Source: an uncultured delta proteobacterium (GTDB lineage Bacteria; Desulfobacterota; Binatia; Bin18). From it: DNA of 64,000 nt. The stretch spans positions 32,001 through 96,000 of the forward strand of contig CAVTCR010000081.1 in the NCBI GenBank assembly GCA_963733195.1, read 5' to 3'. Positions 1-10,395 of this stretch are shown piece after piece. Numbering within the stretch: the first letter of the stretch is position 1; each line of letters begins with the position of its first letter. The notes beneath the pieces are model-generated. The model did no database searches. It was not told the origin of the DNA and saw only the letters and a program-made list of their open reading frames with translations. The position numbers were made by a program, and so were the translations under genes.

Positions 1-1735
1 GACATTGAGGGTTGCCAGTTGAGAGAAACTGCTTGTGGCGCTCAGAGAGACGGTGTAGCTCACCGATGAGCCTTGGAGGACATTCGTGGCGCCCGGCTGT
101 GCAGTGATGATGAAAGGAGTGATTTCATCGCTCCCGTTACAATCTTCATCAACCCCGTTGCCAGGGATTTCTGGCGCGGGCAGGACTTGCCCGTCGCACA
201 CGCCGAAGGTCTTGTCAGGTTTGCAGGTCTTCGTGCCCGCTTTGCATTGTCCTACCCCTTTGGTCTCGGATGGTCCGTCGTAACACTCCTTGATTTCACC
301 AGGGGTGCACTCTCCGATTGGCTCGTCCTGTCCGTTACAGTCCTCATCGATGCCGTTGCCGGGGATTTCTGGTGCGGGCAGCACCTCCCCTTCACACGGT
401 CCGAAAGTCCCGTCAGGCTGACAGGTCTCCGTACCGCCCCGACAGAGCCCGACATCCTTAGTGCCGCCCGGTCCTGTGTAACAGGCTTGCGTCGCTCCCG
501 GTTCACACTCCCCCACGGTGATGGTGACCTTCGCCGAATTCGGCGCGCTGTCCACCTTGCCATCGTTGACAATGAGTTGCACGACATAGAGCCCAACTAC
601 ATCCGGGATGAACGTTGGGTTGACGATGGTGGAGTCTGATAAGACGGTGTTGCTATCGTCGGGAACGGAGATAAACGACCACCGATAGCTCAATGGGTCT
701 CCGTCTACGTCGCTGGAGTCGTGCCCATTAAGCTGTATGGTCTGATTGACGAGCCCGGGCAGGTCCGGCCCCGCGTTTGCCACTGGAGCGCTATTTTCCG
801 TGGAGACGATGACGATGTCGGCGTCGCTTTCGGTGACTCCGTCTTTGACGATCAACCGCACTCGGTAGGTCCCCGCCTTATCCGCCACAAAGCTGGGGGC
901 TGGTGTTGTTGAACCAGCTAACACAGCGGTGCTGCCCGCTGGCGTACTCGTCAACGTCCACTGATACGTTAAAGGGTCTCCGTCCGGATCAGACGAGGCG
1001 CTGCCGTCAAGTTGGACAGATCCTCCAGCAGACACCGTTTGGTCCGGCCCCGCGTTCGCAGTTGGGGCACTGTTCGTGGTGCTGATCACCACAGTATCGG
1101 GAGTACTACTGGCGTTCAGATCTTTCACTACCAGTTGGATTTCGTAGTTCCCAGGTTTATCGGCCACAAAGGTGGGGAGAACCGCCGTCGGATTGGTTAA
1201 CGTCGCTGCGCCGCCTAGCGGTCGAGTCCGCAATTCCCACTGAAAGGTCAGTTCCTCCCCATCCATGTCGCTCGATTCGCTGCCGTTGAGTTGTACCGTC
1301 GCGTTCACCTGGACGGTCTGGTCACGGCCGGCATGAGCTACCGGACGGGTGTTACCGCTAATCTTCCACACCAAATCGGCCGGGTTGAAGGGCGTGCTGC
1401 GGTCCTGGCGGATGGTGAACGTAATCTGTGCAAGCAACGGTCTTTCCTGCTGGCACATTGCCGCAGGTGAGGCTGCCATCGATGACCACCGTCTTAGGTG
1501 ATTTGCTGGTAAGTGTGGCAGTGACACCGAGAACGTCGGCTGTGTCAGGGTTAGTGACACTCGCTTTATAGACATAGTCGAACTCGGTGCGGGTAACACG
1601 GGTACTGCTGATGAGCTGGTAGGATCCAATAGTGAGGTTCGACACCGCAGCGCGGCCAGTGAGCAGCGAAGACAGCAAAGCCGTCGCTACCACCGTTAGG
1701 ATCACCGACCGCACGAGGTTCTTCATTGCCAACAT
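1..1735 (-). CDS. Large secreted/surface protein with PKD-like repeats and Cys-rich putative metal-binding (MopE-like) repeats; frameshifted, runs off window start
   Basis: Signal-peptide-like N-terminus (MLAMKNLVRSVILTVVATALL). After an indel at ~1422 my manual translation gives repeated N.(R/A)P.A.AG.DQTV...QL.GS.SSD.DG units, then two 66-aa repeats C..G....CY.GP..T..VG.C..GT.TC...EIPGNG(I/V)DEDCNG (nucleotide repeat at 161 and 359). Confidence 0.8.
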
Positions 1736-1781
1736 GTTGTTACCGTTCGTCGCTCACCGAATCACACCGAACCGTACGCCC

Positions 1782-1816
1782 CCTCACCTTAACCCTCTCC
1801 CGCGAGGGGAGAGGGA
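1782..1816. repeat. REP-like palindromic element
   Basis: CCTCACCTTAACCCTCTCCC-GCGA-GGGGAGAGGG; intergenic hairpin. Confidence 0.5.
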
Positions 1817-1824
1817 ATTCTCTC

Positions 1825-2382
1825 TCACCCGTTTTCGCATAAGACCCAGGCCGACCAGCCTGTGCCGACCAGGAGAAAGGTGCCTGGCTCTGGGATCACC
1901 CCACGAGGAATGGTCTGCCCAGTATCGAGCGTCTGGAGAAAATTACCTTGCGCATCAAACTCATTGACCTCAAACGGCTGGACGCCCGGAGTTGTACCTG
2001 TAGCACCCAACCACACGAAACTGAGGCTAAACGGGCCAGACAATAATGCGCCATTGAGTAAGGCAAGGGCGGAATAGCGTCCCGGATCGGGAATGTTCGG
2101 GTCTGGCTGGAAGATCAAGATGCCCCAATCCGGTACTGTCGGAGGCGGATCTTCGAGGTCACTGTATAAGATTGGATTAAAGAGCACTTCGAAGGCGACG
2201 TTTTCCTGCGGAGTGAAATCGCTGACAAAATAGAGGTACTGCCAGAGATCGCCTCCGTTTGGCCCAGGAGTAGCGAGGTCGATGGCTTCGAACTCAATGG
2301 TGATCGCCTGTGCAGGTCGCGGCACGGTCGATGGAAAGAGCAGTACACTTATCGCCAGTAAGAGTAGGATAGGTTTGTTCAT
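1825..2382 (-). CDS. PEP-CTERM sorting-domain protein
   Basis: Signal peptide MNKPILLLLAISVLLF...AQA. C-terminal IPEPGTFLLVG, continuing after a 1-nt indel as LVGLGLMRKRV (TM helix plus basic tail). Confidence 0.85.
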   Translation of the reverse strand: MNKPILLLLAISVLLFPSTVPRPAQAITIEFEAIDLATPGPNGGDLWQYLYFVSDFTPQENVAFEVLFNPILYSDLEDPPPTVPDWGILIFQPDPNIPDPGRYSALALLNGALLSGPFSLSFVWLGATGTTPGVQPFEVNEFDAQGNFLQTLDTGQTIPRGVIPEPGTFLLVGTGWSAWVLCENG

Positions 2383-2548
2383 GATGCAGGCCTCCAGTAG
2401 TAATGAGGGGGAGTTGGCGACGGGCACGGAAAGCACGCCCTGTATGACTCCCCCTTTTTCCCCTTGCAAACGCTCCTCATTTATGGGAGGTCTACCATAG
2501 GTCGGAGTAGGGAGTCCTGACAAAATGTTGACATTTCTCGGAGCACGT

Positions 2549-4536
2549 ATGACAGATGTGCAGGAACGCCCGATTGCCCCCTTATGGGTGGACACGGAGA
2601 ACGAATGGGTCTGGCTAGGGGAACAACGCCTCACGCTGACGCCGAAACCCTTTGCCGTTCTGCGTTATCTGATCGAGCGCCCCGGCCGGCTGATCACCAA
2701 AGAGGAAATTCTCAAGGCGGCATGGCCGGGTATTTATGTTAGTGACGAGACTCTCCAAAAGTGTATCAGCCGTATCCGTAACGTCTTAGGAGATGAGGCG
2801 AGCGTGCCACAGTACATCGAGACGGTGTCCCGCCGGGGATATCGGTTCATTGGGGAAGCAGCCAGTAGTCAGTATTCAGTAGTCAGTAACCCCCTGCCTC
2901 AGCCGACCCCTTTTCCCCTAGCCCCTAACACCCAGCACCCAACACCTACTCTGGTCGGGCGAGAGGAGGAATTAACGCAACTGCACCGATGGTTAGATCT
3001 GGCCCTGACAGGACAGCGCCAAATTGTCTTTGTCTCGGGTGAGCCAGGGATTGGCAAGACCACGCTTGTCGATGCGTTTCTGCAACAGATTCAGGAGACG
3101 AGAGTCCCGGAGGCAAAAGAAAGTCAAAATGCAAAAACGCAAAAGTCAAAAATAGGAAACTCCTCCCTAGCCCCTAGCTCCCAACCCCCAGCCCCTGTCT
3201 TCATTGGCCGTGGACAGTGCTTGGAGCAGTACGGAGAAGGCGAGGCGTATTTGCCCATCCTTGAAGCGTTCGGTCGCTTGTGTCGTGAGCCCGAGACGAC
3301 CAATCTGATTCCTCTCCTCGGTCAGTATGCACCGACTTGGTTAATCCAGATGCCGGCGGTACTCAATGATGCAGAGCTCGCAAACCTGCAGCAACGAACC
3401 CAAGGGGCGACTCGGCAGCGCATGCTGCGAGAAATGGTGGAAGCCATTGAGGCCATGACCGTGGAGACCCCGCTTGTCTTTGTGCTCGAAGACCTGCACT
3501 GGAGCGACTACTCCACGTTGGAGTTACTTGCTTATCTCGCACAGCGGCAGGGACGAATGCGGTTGCTGGTAATCGGTACCTACCGACCCACAGACCTGAG
3601 ACGGGGGCATCCCTTAAAAACGATCAAGCCGGAACTGCACATCCGACAAAAGTGTGAAGAACTGCCGCTGAAATTGCTCAGTGAGCAGGAGGTGGCAATC
3701 TATCTTGCCAAACATTTTTCCCCTCAGGCGGTCTCGCCAGAGCTCGTCAAGGTGATTCATCGTCAGACGGAAGGGAACCCGTTATTCATGTTGAACCTGC
3801 TCAATGAGCTCGCGAGCCAGGGAGTGATAGGAGAAAAGGAGGGGCAGTGGGAGATCCAGAACGGCAGTAGGGATCTCAACTTTCCTGAGAGCCTATGCCA
3901 AGTGATCGAACAAAAATTTGCGCACCTCAACCCTGAAGAGCGGCAAGTCTTAGAAGCGGCCAGTGTCGAAGGCGCAGAGTTCTCTTCTGCCGTGATCGCT
4001 ACAGCGGTAGGAAGAGAAACTATCGAGATTGAAGAGCGCTGTGCCGAGCTTGTCCGCCATAGCCAATTCATTCAGGAACGCGAAACGCGGCACTGGCCAG
4101 ATGGCACGGTTACTGCTCGCTATGGGTTTGCGCATTCCCTCTATCAGGAAGTGTTGTACAATCGACTGACCCCGGGGAAACGTGCGCAGCTGCATCTCCG
4201 CATCGGTGAGCGCCTCGAACAAGCGTATGAGATCGTACCCATGAGATAGCGACAGAACTGGCGTTACATTTCGAGCGCGGCCAGGATTATCAACGGGCAG
4301 TGCAGTATCGGGAACAAGCTGCACAGACCGCCCTCCAACTGTTCGCGTACCACGAAGTGATCGATCATCTTACCAAAGGGCTGGAGTTACTTGAGCACCT
4401 GCCGGACACTCCGGAGCGTCGCCGGCACGAACTGCAACTGCTCACCGCCCAGAGTCCAGCCTTGCTGGCAGCCAAGGGCTATGCCGCACCGGAGGTAGAA
4501 CAGGTCTACCAACTGCAGACTTTAGAAAAGGCCTGA
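2549..4536 (+). CDS. OmpR/PhoB-type winged-helix + AAA ATPase transcriptional regulator; frameshifted ~4235, C-terminally short
   Basis: LTPKPFAVLRYL...YIETVSRRGYRFI (wHTH), GEPGIGKT (Walker A), FVLEDLHW (Walker B), TEGNPLF. The ORF at 4300-4536 continues the TPR-like region. Confidence 0.85.
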
Positions 4537-4709
4537 GACTCTAAACCAAAATGTAGGAGATTGGCTCCGTTACCGCAGTCGCCGGCCTACCCCTTCGCTA
4601 ATCCCAAGGCGTCGTCCTAGCTCAACATTGCTCACGCCGGCTGCACGCATAGCCTCTTCTTCAATATCAGAAAGCTTTCATGCGATGTGGAGAATGCACC
4701 CTTCGCTGC

Positions 4710-6283
4710 TTATGGATGCGCGGTGACCATAGAATGAGACGAGGTGCCCGAACTACGCGGTAGAAAAATCCGCACCGTGGTCCCGTGCTTGAGCTGACTC
4801 TCGATCCGCAGAAACCCATTATGCGCTTGGACGATATGCTTCACGATTGCGAGCCCCAGTCCGGTGCCGCCGAGTTCACGCGAACGGGCTTTATCTACTC
4901 GATAAAAGCGTTGCGTAAGACGAGGGAGGTCTTCTTCCGGAATGCCGCAGCCGGTATCTGTGACCGCGACTTCTAGCCATTCTTTTGAGGCTTGCCCCCG
5001 ACGGAGGGGGCAGGCGGATTGAGGCTTGGAGGACTGTTGAGGAGTTGCGTGTTAGGGAAACTAGTCCTCCATTCTCCTTAGTCTCTTCATGATCTCTGAT
5101 CTGGACTTTGGACTCCGGACTCTGGAGTCTGGACGGTCTTCGCTGTGACCGTGACTGTCCCACCGCTTGAGGTGTACTTGATTGCGTTATCGACGAGATT
5201 CACAAGCACTTGTTGGAGACGATCGTTATCGCCTCTTAACGGTGGAAGGGTAGGTTCACACACGTGAACCAATGTGATGCCTGCTCGCTCTGCTTTCTCC
5301 TTCACGACTTCAAAAATCTCGTTTATCAACTCTGGCACGATGACTTCTTCTTGGAGTAACTCGGTCTTTCCGAGTTCGAGATTGGAAAGGGTGAGCAGAT
5401 CATCAATCAAACGACTGAGCCGTTCGGAGTGTCGATCGATAATTTCCAAAAACCGCTGCGCAGTAGCAGGCTCTTTGAGCGCCCCGTTGAGCAAGGTCTC
5501 GGCATACCCTTTGATCGCGGTGAGCGGAGTACGGAGTTCGTGCGAGACATTAGCGACAAAATCCTCGCGCACGGATTCTAACCGTTTGATCTGGGTGAGA
5601 TCGTAGAAGACCAGCACATACCCACTCACAGTGACGCCGTCTTCACAGATTTGCATACTGCTTGCAGCCAGATGACGCTCATCTTTCCCTTCGAGCGACA
5701 GTTCTCGAGTCACCGGTGCATCACCTGGCCGCCGTTCAGCAACCTCCCGCAGCAGATCTTGTAAGAGCGGATGACGGGAGAACGCTTGGATAGGTTTCCC
5801 TTGCCAATCGTGGTCAGCGCGGAGCCCAAACAATTCTTTGGCGGCACGGTTACACAGGACAACGTTTCCCGCTGGATTGATGACCACTACGCCTTCGGCC
5901 ATGCTCTGTAAGACCGCTTCCAGCTTTTTTTGTTCTGCTTGTAACGCACGGAGACGCTCATGTTGGCGCATCATCAGTTGCTGGATACCACGTTCGAGGG
6001 AGCCAACCTCATCCTCATTCCATACTGGAAGCGAGGGCGGTTTGTCCCGTTCCGACGCAGAGGAGAGGAAGGTCGTGAGACTACCAAGGCGGCGCTGGAG
6101 ACGTACTCCGAAAGCGATAATCCCTCCAAGGGCGATCAGTGCGAGTGCCGCCGCCCCATACCACAGCAGTGATGGACGATGAATCAACGAGAGGAGGTAG
6201 AAGAGTAAGAGACTGCTGACAGTCGCGAGTGCGAGGAGGGCAAGGGAGAGGAGCGGGAAGAGAATGCTATGTTTCGAGGGCAT
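4710..6283 (-). CDS. phoR: Phosphate regulon sensor histidine kinase PhoR; frameshifted within a repeat-containing insert
   Basis: Two TM segments, PAS region, FVANVSHELRTPLT (H-box), NLVDNAIKY. My manual translation from 4979 gives WLEVAVTDTGCGIP...RFYRVDKARSRELGGTGLGLAIVKHIV to a TAA at 4710. Lies downstream of phoB. Confidence 0.9.
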
Positions 6284-7017
6284 CAGGATTGAATTTATAC
6301 CCAACGCCGCGCACGGTCAAAATGAGAGTAGGATTGGTGTCATCTCGTTCCACGCGTTGGCGCAGGCGACGGATGTGAACGTCGACCGTCCGTGGCTCGA
6401 CGTACACGTCTTGCCCCCACACGAGATCAAGGATCTGGGTGCGGCTAAACACTCGGTGAGGATATTGTACAAAGAACTTGAGGAGTTCGAACTCGCGCAG
6501 CCCGAGCGGGGAGGGTTGACCATCGAGCATGACTTCATAGGTGTCGTAGTCAATACGGAGACGGCCTTTGTCGTAGACTTCGTGCGGGCGATCGAGGGTT
6601 GGTCCATAGGCACGGCGGAGTACCGCTTTTACTCGGGCAACAAGCTCACGCGGGCTGAACGGCTTAGTGACATAATCATCTGCCCCCATTTCCAAGCCTA
6701 ACACTTTGTCTACTTCCGAAGCACGGGCAGTGAGCATGAGCACCGGTAGATGCAACGTCAGCTCTTTCGTCCGCAGTAAACGGCAGACTTCAAGGCCTGG
6801 GACACTGGGTAACATCAGATCTAAGATCATCAAGGCCGGTCGCTCGCTGGCGGCTAAGCTTCAGCGCGATTTCGCCGTCACTCGCCTCAACTACACTAAA
6901 ACCTTCGCTTTCCAGATTGTAACGGACCAGTTCGCGGATATCCTGCTCGTCTTCGACCAGGAGAATTTTGCGTTTAGGCTCAACGATCGGAGATTTGCTT
7001 TGTATTTGCGCTTCCAT
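6267..7017 (-). CDS. phoB: Phosphate regulon response regulator PhoB; frameshift ~6850
   Basis: KILLVEDE receiver N-terminus (6790-7017) plus ILDLMLP...GADDYVTKPFSPRELVAR...PRTVDVHIRRLR...TVRGVGY. Confidence 0.9.
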
Positions 7018-7136
7018 AGACTCCTTTGGAGGAAAAGGGGAAAACGGCGAAAAGAAAAAGAGAAAACGGTGACCTTGCTATTTTGTTGCAGTTCCCATTC
7101 CACCCTTTCCCCGTTTCCCCTTTCTTTATCTTAAGC

Positions 7137-7823
7137 TCAGAGCGATGCCGGTGGCGGTGACATATGGCGGATACTCTTTCCTTTGGCCATATAGATGACC
7201 ATCTCGGCGATATTGGTGGCATGATCTGCAATGCGTTCGAGGTATTTGGCAATGAACAGATGGCGCGTAGCACGACTCACACTCTGTGGCTCTTGCGTCA
7301 TTTGTGAGAGCATAGAGCGGAACAACTCTGCCGTTAAACTATCGATGAAATCGTCACGCTGACAGACTTGCAGCGCCAGTTCCGTATCTTCACGCACGAA
7401 CGCATCCAGGCTATCGCGCAGCATGGCCTGTGCCCATTCCGACATACGAGGAAGATCGGCAGAGAACATGAGCGGGGCTTCTTGGTTTAGTTCCAATGCT
7501 CGCTCGCAGATGTTCTGTGCAATGTCGCCGATACGTTCGAGGTCCGTGGTAATTTTCAGACTCGTCATAATGAGACGGAGGTCCCGCCCTGCCGGCTGAT
7601 GTAATGCAAGGAGACGGGTACAACTATCATCAGTCGCCACATCGAGGTAGTTAACCGTGTGATCACGGGCAATCACCTCCTGTGCTTGAGGCGAATTGCG
7701 TGCGATCAGAGCAACCATCGCGTCGCTGATTTGCTTCTCGACGAGTCCGCCCATTTCCAAGATTCTCGCCCGGAGTTGCTGAAGTTCTTCTTCGTACTGA
7801 CGGTCAGTGTGGAGTGGTGGCAT
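7137..7823 (-). CDS. phoU: Phosphate signalling protein PhoU
   Basis: Duplicated DLERIGD / YLERIADHATNIAE motifs; in the pst operon. Confidence 0.95.
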   Translation of the reverse strand: MPPLHTDRQYEEELQQLRARILEMGGLVEKQISDAMVALIARNSPQAQEVIARDHTVNYLDVATDDSCTRLLALHQPAGRDLRLIMTSLKITTDLERIGDIAQNICERALELNQEAPLMFSADLPRMSEWAQAMLRDSLDAFVREDTELALQVCQRDDFIDSLTAELFRSMLSQMTQEPQSVSRATRHLFIAKYLERIADHATNIAEMVIYMAKGKSIRHMSPPPASL

Positions 7824-7841
7824 GTAGTGTTCTCCCAATGA

Positions 7842-8702
7842 TCAACCGAATCGGCCGGTAATATAATCTTCCGTTTCTTGTTTCTCCGGGGTAGTGAACA
7901 GCTTGTCGGTCTTGCCGAATTCTATCAGCCGCCCCAGGTACATAAAAGCCGTGTAATCTGACACCCGCGCAGCTTGCTGCATGTTATGGGTGACAATCAC
8001 AATCGTGTAGTTCTGTTTCAGTTCGTGGATCAGCTCTTCAATCTTGGTAGTCGCAATGGGGTCAAGCGCTGAGCATGGCTCGTCCATGAGCACGACTTGC
8101 GGTTCAACTGCAATGGTCCGAGCGATACAGAGGCGTTGATGCTGACCACCAGACAGCCCGAGCGCATTATCGTGAAGGCGGTCTTTCGCCTCTTCCCATA
8201 ACGCGGCTCCGCGTAGGCTACGTTCGACAATCTCATCAAGTCGCGCTTTGTTACTGATGCCAAGGATACGGGGACCATACGCGACATTTTCGTAAATGGT
8301 CTTGGGAAACGGATTGGGCTTTTGGAAAACCATTCCGACCCGTTTGCGTAACTCGGTAACATCAAGTGTCGGATCGATAGTTTCTCGTCCATCGATCTTG
8401 ATACTGCCGGTGACTTTGACGCCGTCAACCAGATCATTGAGCCGATTGAGGCAGCGAAGCAAGGTGGATTTGCCACACCCTGAGGGACCAATAAAGGCCG
8501 TCACCTCATGACGCCCGATGTCCATATTAACGTCGTACAAAGCTTGTTTTTTGCCGTAGAACAGGCACGCGTCACGAATTTGAATCTCGATATCCTGTTT
8601 ATACTCTCTGGCAGCGGTGATGCCGTTTCCGCTTATGCGAGGGAGGGAGACCGAAGCTGCATGGGTTGGAAGCTGGTGTTCTTTCTCCATAGTGTTGATC
8701 AT
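7842..8702 (-). CDS. pstB: Phosphate ABC transporter ATPase
   Basis: [44 protein letters not shown]. Confidence 0.97.
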   Translation of the reverse strand: MINTMEKEHQLPTHAASVSLPRISGNGITAAREYKQDIEIQIRDACLFYGKKQALYDVNMDIGRHEVTAFIGPSGCGKSTLLRCLNRLNDLVDGVKVTGSIKIDGRETIDPTLDVTELRKRVGMVFQKPNPFPKTIYENVAYGPRILGISNKARLDEIVERSLRGAALWEEAKDRLHDNALGLSGGQHQRLCIARTIAVEPQVVLMDEPCSALDPIATTKIEELIHELKQNYTIVIVTHNMQQAARVSDYTAFMYLGRLIEFGKTDKLFTTPEKQETEDYITGRFG

Positions 8703-8704
8703 TT

Positions 8705-10336
8705 CTAAAACGTTCCGAAGCGCATGCGACTCCGAAGACGGTTACGTACGGTGATGGCGGTTAGATTGAGAGTCACAATAATGGCAATTAACAGCAGCGT
8801 CGTCATGAATACCATCGGTTTGGCGGCTTCAACGTTCGGCGATTGAAAGCCAACGTCATAGATATGGAAGCCGAGGTGCATGAACTTGCGCTCCATGTGG
8901 ATAAACGGCCAGTAGCTATCCAACGGTAAGGTCGGTGCTAACTTCACCACGCCAGTAATCATTAACGGTGCCACTTCTCCGGCTCCTCGCGCCATCGCCA
9001 AGATCATTCCGGTGAGGATACCAGGCAGAGCCCCGGGCAGCACGACTTTGCGAATGGTTTCCCATTTCGTTGCTCCCAAGGCGAGCGAACCCTCGCGCCA
9101 CTCGCGAGGAATTGCAGCCAATGACTCTTCAGTGGCAACAATGACCACCGGAACGGTGAGTAACGCGAGGGTCAACGAGGCCCACAGAATACCACCAGTG
9201 CCGTAGGTTGGTGTCGGTAACGCTTCAGCGTAGAACAATCGGTCGATGCTGCCACCCATGAGATAAATGAAGAATCCTAAGCCAAACACGCCAAAGACAA
9301 TGGAAGGAACACCGGCAAGATTATTGACCGCGATACGCACTGCCCGAACCAGTGTCCCTTGTTTCGCATACTCGCGTAAGTAGAGGGCAGCAACGACACC
9401 AAAAGGAACAACCATGATGCTCATGAGCAAGACCATCATCACCGTGCCAAAGATGGCGGGGAAGATACCGCCCTCAGTGTTGGATTCGCGCGGCTCATCC
9501 CATACGAACTCCCACAAACGTGTGCAATAAAGACCAAAGCGCTGCCCCCAACTCATCTGATTGGGAAAGAACGCCCGCACGACGTCGGCAATGGGCATCT
9601 CTTTCTCGCGTCCACCGGCGGCTTGAACAATCATCCGATAGCGTGCGTTCTCCGTCGCCAAGGCTTGAAGCTCTTTGGATTTTTCCTCATAGCGTTGCTG
9701 CCATTCAGCAATCTCTTTCTCAAGTTCAGCGACCTTCCCCGCAGTGCGGCCCTGATCCTGTTCCTTCTTCTGGATACCTTTTATTGCCAGGCGCAGCTTT
9801 TCCAGGTTGTAGTTAATGTCACCGATTTCTTCGCGCTCGATTCTGCGTGTGCGTTCGAGTGTTTCTTGTGTCCGTGGGTGCAACTCCTGAAACTTTTGCC
9901 AACTTTGCTGCGGCCCATCAGCGATGACTTGTCCATCTTGGGTGATCTGTTTGAGGGTGCCGAACAGCGGCCCCCATTCCCAGCGTTCAAAGTAGATGGC
10001 GTCAGCCGGCTGTTGTTGCGAGACAATCTCATCGTCATTCACCCAACGAAAATCTGATCCGTACAAATCGCGATTGGCGACCTGAAACTGCGTACGAGAC
10101 TGCGGCGTACCTTTTTCAGAGGCTGACCGTGGAATTTCTTCATGTCCACGAATTTGTCCGAGGAGTTCGCTGCCATCCTTCAGCTTAGCCGAAACGAGAC
10201 GGTCAGGCCAAAAGAAGCCGAACGCGTTGCTCGCGATAATCACCATCAAGGCAATGATCATGAGTAAACTAGAGGCTAGTGCTCCGCCTGTTAGCCACAC
10301 AAAGGGATCGCCACTGCGCCAGAAGTTCTTAAACAT
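8705..10336 (-). CDS. pstA: Phosphate ABC transporter permease PstA (long form with soluble insert)
   Basis: [33 protein letters not shown]-like [14 protein letters not shown]. Confidence 0.95.
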   Translation of the reverse strand: MFKNFWRSGDPFVWLTGGALASSLLMIIALMVIIASNAFGFFWPDRLVSAKLKDGSELLGQIRGHEEIPRSASEKGTPQSRTQFQVANRDLYGSDFRWVNDDEIVSQQQPADAIYFERWEWGPLFGTLKQITQDGQVIADGPQQSWQKFQELHPRTQETLERTRRIEREEIGDINYNLEKLRLAIKGIQKKEQDQGRTAGKVAELEKEIAEWQQRYEEKSKELQALATENARYRMIVQAAGGREKEMPIADVVRAFFPNQMSWGQRFGLYCTRLWEFVWDEPRESNTEGGIFPAIFGTVMMVLLMSIMVVPFGVVAALYLREYAKQGTLVRAVRIAVNNLAGVPSIVFGVFGLGFFIYLMGGSIDRLFYAEALPTPTYGTGGILWASLTLALLTVPVVIVATEESLAAIPREWREGSLALGATKWETIRKVVLPGALPGILTGMILAMARGAGEVAPLMITGVVKLAPTLPLDSYWPFIHMERKFMHLGFHIYDVGFQSPNVEAAKPMVFMTTLLLIAIIVTLNLTAITVRNRLRSRMRFGTF

Positions 10337-10395
10337 AGTTCACTTACCCAACTGTGAGACTCCTAGACTCTCAGACTCCTAGACTGGCAGACTTT

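Noticed and set aside
130-515. 198-bp direct repeat read as a DGR TR/VR pair or mobile repeat
   Set aside because: It encodes two in-frame Cys-rich protein repeats, and the differences are not adenine-specific.
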